64,000 nucleotides of DNA. It comes from Zootoca vivipara (Eukaryota). Shown one piece after another: positions 12,945 through 21,105 of this stretch. How positions within the stretch are numbered: position 1 is the first letter of the stretch; every line of letters starts with the position of its first letter. The notes under the pieces are model-generated. The model saw only the letters and a list, made by a program, of their open reading frames with translations, had not been told where the DNA came from and ran no database searches. The translations under genes and the position numbers were made by a program. The stretch spans positions 21,390,001-21,454,000 of the forward strand of contig NC_083282.1 in the NCBI RefSeq assembly GCF_963506605.1. The letters are read 5' to 3'.

Positions 12945-13369
12945 TAGACATTCTGTGCTGGGTTTCTCTCCCTCTGTCCCAGTGCTGTTGCTGGTGACTT
13001 TTAAGTGGGTTAGTGGGCCATGAGGAAAGATTCTCATGAGGCTTGCTACTGCTCCCAGTTTTCTGCAGGCCCCACAACTGGGACAAAGGGCCCATCTCTC
13101 CTAGCAGCTGGTCTTGAGTTAGCACCACAGTAACTGGTAAACAGCTAGAGATATAAAAATACATGTCACATCTGCCGATTATTTAGTACCAAAGTACTAT
13201 GTGACCTTTGGGAGTTATATCTGTGGACCCGAAAGTAGCTTTAGCACATCAATTTCCTCATTTTCACGGCTTGGTTCAAATTGCCCGTGTATTATTATTC
13301 TTTTTACGCTTATTCCTTATTTTCTCAAATAACAATAGGCTCACTACAAGTCAGTACAGATGTTCCCAA
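12945..13369 (-). repeat. MER121 ancient conserved repeat, near full length
   Basis: Minus strand reads gggaac...tgtagtgagcctattgttatt...aataagcgtaaaaagaataataatacacgggcaatttgaaccaagccgtgaaaatgaggaaattg...cccaaaggtcacatagtac...cggcagatgtgacatgtatttttatatctc...aaaactgggagc...catggcccactaacccac. This is collinear with my recall of the ~410-bp MER121 consensus. Confidence 0.85.
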
Positions 13370-14040
13370 AGGACTATTTTGCCATGCAATATAGTTTTAA
13401 ATCTTGTTCCGATTTGGCAAATTTAGCCATTTTAAATGTGATTCATTTTTTTGTGTGCTGCCAATGTTATTAGTTACTGAAGCAGCACATTTACAGATGA
13501 ATCGAATTCAACTTTAGAAGCTCATTTTCAACAACTTTCATTTATTTAAAGAATTAACATGGCTTCAGATGTGACGCATAATACTACTTCTTTGTTCTGT
13601 TCAAGTTGCTACTATAGCTGTTAAAGTTGTCGCGAAGGAATGCTTCCCGGATGGTGATTCATTGTGATTGTTAAAATGCAGAACTACTGAAAATATAAAC
13701 TATGCTGATTGCAGCCTTAGCTTCAGTGCTGGGGTGGCGGCAGGGAGAAGGAACAGGGTGACATTGCCTGAGCTATTGAGACATATTATTATTAATCCTG
13801 GTGATATATTATATTGCCTTTTGGACTTATCTATTACACCGGGTATCCTTCTGTAACTTTCTCTTATTGCATTTTTTCATCTTCCGACTCCTTCCTAATG
13901 ATCCTTTCCTCAGCCTATAAAGCCCAAACTTTCTTTGCCTTTGTAGATTCTTTGAAAAATCCTTGCTCTTCACTCAATAGCATTTAGGTAGTATATCTTC
14001 CCCCACCCCTGCAACATTCCCATTTAATGAATCAGAGAGA

Positions 14041-14290
14041 CAGTCACACCTCGGTTTAAGTACGCTTCAGTTTGAGTACTTTCAGTTTAAGTACTCCACG
14101 GACCCAGAAGTGTTTACGTCCGGGTTCCGCAGCGCACACATGCGCAGAAGCCACCTGCGCACTTCGCGCATGTGCAGAAGCGCTCTATTGGCGCTTCGCG
14201 CACACGCACTATTGCCGCTCGGATTAAGTACTTTTCGGGGTGCGAATGGCACCCCAGAACCAATTAAGTACTTAACCCGAGGTACCACTG
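14041..14290. mobile_element. Tc1/mariner (Tigger/pogo-like) MITE
   Basis: TIRs cagtcacacctcggtttaagtac / gtacttaacccgaggtaccactg, TA on the right flank, CpG-rich core. Confidence 0.85.
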
Positions 14291-14292
14291 TA

Positions 14293-14542
14293 TAAGAAAA
14301 AAATACTGTAAATGATAATTTTTTTCATCTAAAATACTGTCTGATTTATTTTATAGTACAGTACATTGATTATTGCCTTCATTTTATGGATCAATGGTCT
14401 CGTTAGACAGTAAAATTCGTGTTAAATTGCTGTTTTAGGGGGTGTTTTTCATCGTCTGGAACTGATTAATCCACTTTCCATAACTTTCAATGGCAAAGTT
14501 CACTTCAGGAACCAATAAAGTACTTAACCTGAGGTACCACTG
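14293..14542. mobile_element. Right arm of a longer Tigger-like non-autonomous element
   Basis: Ends in the same TIR aagtacttaacctgaggtaccactg followed by TA. No matching left TIR of its own. Confidence 0.7.
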
Positions 14543-14638
14543 TACTATAATAATAATTTTTTTGGCAACTGCTGTGCTTCAGGGGTATTTTGGGGGCGTG
14601 TGCTTTCTTTTCACTCATCCAATACATAGGAAAAGTGA

Positions 14639-14734
14639 AAGGTATCTGACGAAGTGTGCATTCACACGAAAGCTCATACCAAAATAAAAACTTAGTTGGT
14701 CTTTAAGGTGCTACTGAAGGAATTTTTTTATTTT
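14639..14734 (+). mobile_element. Penelope-like element terminal remnant (copy 1)
   Basis: tatctgacgaagtgtgcattcacacgaaagctcatacc...aacttagttggtctttaaggtgctactg, with a 13-bp TSD ataggaaaagtga (14626-14638 / 14735-14747). Confidence 0.8.
14641..14680 (+). ncRNA. Minimal type I hammerhead ribozyme motif (copy 1)
   Basis: Stem I GGUAU/AUACC, core CUGACGA plus one extra A, stem II GUGUG-CAUU-CACAC, GAA, palindromic AGCU in place of stem III, predicted cleavage after C14675. Activity untested. Confidence 0.75.
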
Positions 14735-14985
14735 ATAGGAAAAGTGAGTGAGCCAAATGTTCAGCCAGTACTTAGTGCGTACACTGCCAGCCGAGAAAGG
14801 GGGAAGCTGCGCAGACCCAGTGGCCGCTTTTGAAATTGGCAAGAGTTGGAGACCAAGGATAATCTGGGCAGGTGGGAAGAGAGCACATTTCTGAAATACA
14901 AGATTAATGATGGGATTTGATCTGTTCAACAACGATGAATGTGGATATAGATGCTGCTTAGAGCCTTAGACTGAAAATCAAGTGT

Positions 14986-15090
14986 ATCTGTGTATCTGAA
15001 GAAGTGTGCATGTACACGAAAGCTCATACCTATGACAAACTTAGTTGGTCTCTAAGGTGCTGCTGGAAGGAATTTTTTATTATTTTGTTT
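14986..15090 (+). mobile_element. Penelope-like element terminal remnant (copy 2), inserted in the SCOC retrocopy
   Basis: Same sequence family as 14639-14734, with a perfect 14-bp TSD tgaaaatcaagtgt (14972-14985 / 15091-15104). Confidence 0.82.
14992..15029 (+). ncRNA. Minimal type I hammerhead ribozyme motif (copy 2)
   Basis: Stem I GUAU/AUAC, core CUGAAGA plus one extra A, stem II GUGUG-CAUG-UACAC (one G-U pair), GAA, AGCU, predicted cleavage after C15025. Confidence 0.72.
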
Positions 15091-15107
15091 TGAAAATCAA
15101 GTGTTTG

Positions 15108-15255
15108 TGGAAGGGGTGGGGGAGGGGAGGTTATTGGTTTGTGAGTGTTTTTCTTGTTTTTATTATGCATTTTGTATTTTAGTTTGTTGTTGTGAACTGT
15201 GCTGAGATCTAAGGGTGAAGGGCAGCATACACATTTTAATAATAATAATAATATC
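15108..15255 (+). mobile_element. L2-type 3' tail inserted in the SCOC retrocopy
   Basis: T-rich tract, then gtgaactgtgctgagatctaagggtgaagggcagcatacac-(aat)n. It separates the SCOC codons ENQV from the rest of the coding sequence. Confidence 0.65.
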
Positions 15256-16016
15256 AATAATCTTTGGGGGGGGGGGAGAACACCACATTGATCAAGTTTT
15301 GGAACTCCAGCACACACCTGAAGATCTGTCTGCAAGAATAGATGCAGCTAAAGAAGAAAACCTGAAACTGTAATCAGAAAAACAACAACAAGTTCTTGGA
15401 CAATACATAGAAAATATCATGCCTGTTGATAGTGTTTTTCAGACTACAGACACAAAAAGCAAACGAAAGTAAGGCACTGGTAACCAAATGGTAACATTGT
15501 ATAGTATTGCTGTTGTTTTTGTTTGATTTTTTAAAATTGCACAGGGCTATACGACTTAAGTTAGTTTGTAGCATCACTGGATTTTTGGAGATTTAATGGT
15601 AGTTCTAGACAATTTTGAAGTTTTTAATGAACAACTGAACAGTGCCAGTACCTGGTATAACCTGAATTCTTGGCTCACACCAGAATCCTTGGTTTGATGC
15701 CAGTTCATTCTTGCAGGTTCAAATATGGCATGTGAACTGAGAGAGCATGGTGGTTGCTTCAGGTCGATAACCCTGGTCTCCACTGGTTCATACATTACAT
15801 TTGCAGCCCAATCCGATGCATGTTTAGAACTAAATTCTACTGTGTCCAGTGAGACTTGCTTTCATATAAGTAAGCACAAAATTACAACTGCGCTCGTGTG
15901 AATGTACATTTCCAGAAGTCCAGGCCAACTCATGTGAGCAAAAGCATAGGGTGGAATTCAATGTCGTGTGAATATTATCATTCTGTCATGCAAGCATTTC
16001 TGCTTACCTGATGGTC

Positions 16017-16157
16017 GAGGGACAGCTCAGCTGGTAGAGCATGAGACTCTTAATCTCAGGGTTGTGAGTTTGAGCCCCACATTGAGTGAGAGATTCCTGC
16101 ATTGCAGAGTTGTCCCTTCCAATGCTACAATTCTGTGATTCTGTGATTCTATTCTAT
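16017..16157 (+). mobile_element. tRNA-Lys-derived SINE with CR1-like tail
   Basis: agctcagctggtagagcatgagactcttaatctcagggttgtgagtttgagccccac, followed by gtcccttccaa and attctgtg repeats. Confidence 0.8.
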
Positions 16158-16512
16158 GGAACAATCTCCTTACTCTTCCAACTGCAAGCTGTTCTGTTGG
16201 GTTTTTTGTTTTTTTTAAAAAACCCTATTTCTAAGATCTGGAAATAATTTTCTTCTGCTCTTGAGTCTTGAGTTCAAATGGAAGGATATGTGGTGCAAGG
16301 AAAAAGCCTGACTTTGAGATTTTGGAGGAAAAAAATGCTTGACATTTCACTTAGCAGGGCTAAACCCTGGTTGCTCTAATGGACCGCCTCCACTGAATTT
16401 AATCAGGGACTAGTAGATACAGTGCAATGGACTAAAACAATAAAATTCAACCCTGGCCATTCATTGTTTGTAGTCATGTTTCAAAGGCATCCTCTCAGTT
16501 AGCAGCATATAC

Positions 16513-16763
16513 CAAGGGTCAGCAAACTTTTTCAGCAGCGGGCCGGTCCACTGTCCCTCAGACCTTGTGGGGGGCTGGACTATATATTGAAAAAAAATAT
16601 GAACGAATTCCTATGCCCCACAAATAACCCAGAGATGCATTTTAAATAAAAGGACACATTCTACTCATGTAAAAACACACTGATTCCCAGACCGTCTGCG
16701 GGTCGGATTTAGAAGGTGATTGGGCCGCATCTGGCCCCCGGGCCTTAGGTTGGGGTGCCTGTG
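16513..16763. mobile_element. hAT (Charlie-like) non-autonomous element
   Basis: Starts caagggtcagcaaactttttc, with a perfect 8-bp TSD gcatatac (16505-16512 / 16764-16771). Confidence 0.85.
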
Positions 16764-17768
16764 GCATATACTAATACCTCAGCCACATGGGGACCGTATC
16801 CTGTGCATTCCTATCAATCCACCACTGAGTCTAGGGCTTCAGGAAATATCACAACCTGAGGCAGAAGGCTGGCTGAGGGAGATAATGTAAGGCCCACAGG
16901 TTGTACTTGACTAATCAAAGTTCTGCATTGCCTCAATGTAATTCCCCCTACAGGTGTACTTCACCTATGGATCTGCCATTTGATGAGAAAAGGAGGGAAA
17001 CTGCCTTTGGGACCTGGGTGCAGTCTGATGACTGTCACCTTCAGTTATAACAGTGCTACAAACTCCCTGTAGTAAAGTTGTAGTAAAGTCTGATTAGTGG
17101 CAAATCTCTCTGTCCTTGGTACTAATGAATTCAAATTTTGCACTCTACCCCTTTATTTGCTTCTGCTTTCCCCATGATACATCAGTATGAAGAAAGTGAC
17201 TTTGAAATCAAGTTTCTAAAGACAGCTAAACAAAACAGAGTTTTCAAGGAGTGTGAGCATTCAGGAGAGGAAAATGTCATATTTCATTGTGCACAGTAGA
17301 TTTGGAAAATGCTACTCATTTCATCGTTAGCAAAAGCAAACCCTTAATACCACAGGAATTTCCCACTGGCTGGCTGGTAAAATTCCAACAAAGAAGGGAC
17401 AAAACCCAACCATTAACAACTTGAAATAGTGAGAGTTTTTATAATATTTTAATTTTAAGGGCATTTCCAGATTATTATTATTTAATGCCTTTTTACTTTG
17501 GTGGTATGCACATACTAGTACTGATTAAGCACCAGTCATCATATTCTGTATTCTATACCCAAATGAGAGAAGGGAATAATCACAATGCTTTGTGTGTTTG
17601 TGGAAGAAGTTGCTTTGTATTTTGGCCACACTGCTTTAAGAAAAACTAATATAACACTTGAGTATATTAAGGAATCATGTTTCCCATTCTCTATATATAG
17701 CAAAGTCAAAGTGCAGGCCCTCTACTCAGACTTAGAGCAGTTGGCTTAGATCTGAACTAGTTAGAGTT

Positions 17769-18166
17769 AGGGATGGTGGAGAAATTTGATCCAGTTTGCA
17801 TTTAAAGGCAAATCTACCTGGTTCACACTTTCTGAAAGAATGTGAATTTTACCATGCAGTTCTCCCACCAAGCAATATCTACAAAAATTTATCTATTGGG
17901 GGTGAAGTATGCATTTAAATGCACTTTTAGTGAAGATAACATCCAAAATGCATTATAGTGTGGAAAACTACAGCAACATATATTAGACAAAAGTGCACAC
18001 AAAAATGTGTACAGTATATTAGGTGAACTTAGTACTAAAATGCAGATGAATTTTCACACATTTTTTTTAAATAGCAAACTGATGTGGAAATATGGAGAAT
18101 TGAGTTATATATTGGAAAAGTAAGAAATGGAGAGAAACTGAAAGTGACAGATTTTGCCCATTCCTG
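17769..18166 (+). mobile_element. Old AT-rich non-autonomous DNA transposon (TAGGGATG-type termini)
   Basis: tagggatggtggagaaattt...ttttgcccattcctg. A related partial copy in the opposite orientation lies at ~60070-60304. Confidence 0.6.
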
Positions 18167-19137
18167 CTCAGAGTAGACCTACTAGATTGCCTGTCTTTTG
18201 GTACTTGGCTTTTTAAAATACAGTTATTACAGCTGCCCTACAGGCAAACTTGGTGTGTTGGAATAATGGGAGCCATGTCCAGGGTGGAAAAATTACCAGT
18301 CGCAGAACTGGTTTTATTGGGAAATTTGTTTCCCGCTCCCTCTACTTTTATTGCATTGGGAAGTTTACTCCCCTGTGTGTTTATTAACTAAAATAATCAG
18401 GGCTGTGATCAATCTGACCTTTACATGAGAGACAAAAACAATGAACTGCTGAAGAACTCCGTTAACCTTTCTTTTAACCCTGCTGTGTGAAGTAGCAGCT
18501 GTTCATTCATACATTTTAAAAGTTAATAGATTCATAATTTAAAAACAAAATTACTGAACGAGACGAGTTGTTTCACTAGAAGGATTCTGGCACTTCTTCA
18601 TCCATGAGCCATCCTTTTATTATGCCTGTTGTAAAAACACAGCGGCAACAATATTTTCTGTTTCAGCTTCTTCTGAGCCCAAGTTGTATTCATTAGGAAA
18701 GAGCAATGTCTTGGGGGCCAAGCTTGAAAGAAGGAGAGCTCTGCATTTAGATTTCCTTTAGCAGCTGATTTTCTATCTTAAAGCTGCCAGGGAGCTCCTA
18801 AATCAGCAAGTGACACGTGTGTGTGTGTGTGTTTGCGCGCCTGGGGACTGAGATCTTTCCATTGCACCCGGTACCTAGAAATAGCAAAGATCAGCTGACC
18901 GTAATAGAATAGCTAGGTGCTTTCATTCTCTGGCTTCCTCTATGCTGATAGATCGCAAGCAGTAAATCAAACTTGAAAGCCTTGTCACCACCTCATTCGC
19001 TTGCTGGAGCAAGGAGGGTCTGCTCTGGCACTCCATAGGTTATTCAATCACTTCTACTCTGGAAAAAATTCCCAGAGCTGCATTCCCCCACATCCCTCAT
19101 CTGCTACACCACTGCCCGGGAAATCACACAGGCATTT

Positions 19138-19280
19138 CATAGAGAATCATATTGTAGAGTGGGAAGGGACCACAAGAGTCATCTAGTCCAACCCCCTGCA
19201 ATGCAGGAATCTTTTGCTCCATATGGGGCTCGAACCCACAGCTCTGAGATTACCAGTCTCATGCTCTACCAGCTGAGCTA
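19138..19280 (-). mobile_element. tRNA-Lys-derived SINE with CR1-like tail
   Basis: Reverse complement of the 16017 family: ggaagggaccacaagagtcatctagtccaacc...ggggctcgaacccac...gtctcatgctctaccagctgagcta. Confidence 0.82.
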
Positions 19281-19461
19281 TATGTGTGCTGTGTGTTTTC
19301 TCCTGCAGGTAGATTGGCTACTTCATGGGATGCCATTTAGAATTGAAAAGCAATGCAGAGGAAAAGGTTCCATCTTTTCCTTGGATGGAACTGGAAGCAG
19401 CGGTCAACCAGGAGACAGGAATTGTAGTATGGGACCATAATTCTATGTATTTATGGGAGCA

Positions 19462-19464
<3 letters not shown>

Positions 19465-19509
<45 letters not shown>
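19465..19509. repeat. (GT)n microsatellite
   Basis: Pure dinucleotide run. Confidence 0.95.
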
Positions 19510-19513
<4 letters not shown>

Positions 19514-19859
19514 TTCAAGCCAAGCAAGGTCAATAATATATTAATCCCGGAAGAATCACTGTTGCTCAAACAAAATCCCAGCACAGGCAGGAACTTTGTA
19601 GAACCATTCCTATCTAGGAGAGCCTGAATGAAAGTCTGGGTGGGCAAAGCCAGTTCAGAGCCTGCAAACATTTCACTGCCCAGGAAATAGCCAAAGTGCA
19701 ATTCCAGCAGTCACCTATAGAACTAATAGTTTACATTTTTAACGCTAGCAGCTCCTGGTCCATGAAGCACTTCCATTACTCTCAATCAGCTTTGGTTTCC
19801 CCTTGGTGACCTCTGTCACTCCTGATTGTCTACGTCGCATTGTGTGTATGGCACCATCA

Positions 19860-21105
19860 CATTTAATTAATTAATTGTTGCATCTATATCCAACCTTTTC
19901 TTCAAGGAGCTCAAGGTGATGTATATGGTTCTCTTTCTTGTAAAGAAGCTGGTAAAATGCAGGCTAGACAATGCTACCATTCAGTGGATTTTTAACTGGC
20001 TGACTGACCGAACCCAAAGGGTGCTCATCAATGGCTCCTTTTCATCCTGGAGACTAGTGACTACTGGGGTGCCACAGGGTTCTGTCTTGGGCCCAATCCT
20101 ATTCAACATCTTTATCAATGACTTGGATGATGGGCTTGAGGGCATCCTGAGCAAGTTTGCAGATGACACCAAATTGGGAGGGGTGGCTAATACCCCAGAG
20201 GACAGGATCACACTTCAAAATGACCTTAACAGATTAGACAACTGGGCCAAAGCAAACAAGATGAATTTTAACAAGGAGAAATGTAAAGTACTACACTTGG
20301 GCAAAAAAATTGAAAGGCACGAATACAGGATGGGTGACACCTGTCTTGAGAGCAGTACATGTGAAAAGGATCTAGGAGTCTTGGTAGACCACAAAGTTGA
20401 CATGAGTCAGCAGTGTAATGCAGCAGCTAAAAAAGCCAATGCAATTCTGGGCTGCATCAATAGGAGTATAGCATCTAGATCAAGGGCACCACAGTTCAAG
20501 AAGGATACTGACAAGCTGGAACGTGTCCAGAAGAGGGCAACGAAAATGGTCAAAGGCCTGGAAACGATGCCTTATGAGGAACGGTTTAGGGAGCTGGGTA
20601 TGTTTAGCCTGGAGAAGAGAAGGTTAAGGGGTGATATGATAGCCATGTTCAAATATATAAAAGGATGTCATATAGAGGAGGGAGAAAGGTTTTTTCTGCT
20701 GCTCCAGAGAAGCGGACACGGAGCAATGGATTCAAACTACAAGAAAGAAGATTCCACCTAAACATTAGAAAGAACTTCCTGACAGTAAGAGCTGTTTGGC
20801 AGTGGAATTTGCTACCAAGGAGTGTGGTGGAGTCTCCTTTTTTGGAGGTCTTTAAGCAGAGGCTTGACAGGCATATGTCAAGAATGCTTTGATGGTGTTT
20901 CCTGCTTGGCAGGGGGTTGGACTGGATGGCCGTTGTGGTCTCTTCCAACTCTACGATTCTACGATTCTATGATTCTTTCTCCCCATTATATCCTCCCAAC
21001 AACTCTGAGAGACTAACTGGCCCAATGTCACTCAGTGAATTTCATGGCTGAGATCTCTCATCTCGCAGGTCCTAGTCCAACCGTCTAATCACTCCACTGC
21101 ATGGT
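19860..21105 (-). mobile_element. Old MIR/Squam3-like SINE split by the CR1 insertion
   Basis: caaggagctcaaggtgatgtatatggttctc (left of the CR1) continues as ccccattatatcctcccaacaactctg...ggcccaatgtcactcagtgaatttcatggctgag...cctagtccaac (right of the CR1). Confidence 0.65.
19939..20976 (+). mobile_element. 5'-truncated CR1 LINE (reverse transcriptase C-terminal part plus 3' UTR)
   Basis: ORF 19916-20761 contains GVPQGSVLGPILFNIFINDL and FADDTKL. Frameshift near 20690, then RFHLNIRKNFLTVR. Tail of attctacg/attctatg octamers. Possible 7-bp TSD tctttct (19932-19938 / 20974-20980). Confidence 0.96.

Larger units (their letters stand above)
14750..15800 (+). pseudogene. SCOC: Processed (intronless) pseudogene of short coiled-coil protein, interrupted by two later insertions
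   Basis: 15287-15472 translates to [60 protein letters not shown], matching the SCOC C-terminus as I recall it ([59 protein letters not shown]). Upstream pieces EESTF (14876-14890), MNVDIDA (14935-14955) and ENQV (14973-14984) match the N-terminus. Premature stops at 14959 and 15371, plus frameshifts. Outer (UTR) limits are approximate. Confidence 0.92.

Noticed and set aside
12508-13023. 171-aa ORF / CpG-island promoter
   Set aside because: The CpG-rich part is a TIR/TSD-bounded MITE, and the ORF runs into MER121. No recognisable protein.
14639-15090. A single retrozyme or Penelope element with two terminal repeats
   Set aside because: Each hammerhead module has its own different TSD, and the spacer is SCOC-derived, so these are two independent insertions rather than one element.
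15287-15472. Functional SCOC exon
   Set aside because: In-frame TAA at 15371, upstream frameshifts and inserted repeats, and no flanking splice acceptor.
16017-16090. tRNA-Lys gene (also tRNA-like heads at 1, 3098 and 19280)
   Set aside because: Degenerate acceptor stems, and they are fused to LINE-derived tails, so they are SINE heads.
19290-19440. Strong acceptor-like tgttttctcctgcag at ~19308
   Set aside because: The downstream frames resemble no protein I know and no good donor follows.
19916-20761. 281-aa ORF as a host gene
   Set aside because: It is truncated CR1 reverse transcriptase with a deletion and a frameshift, and its start lies in flanking SINE sequence.
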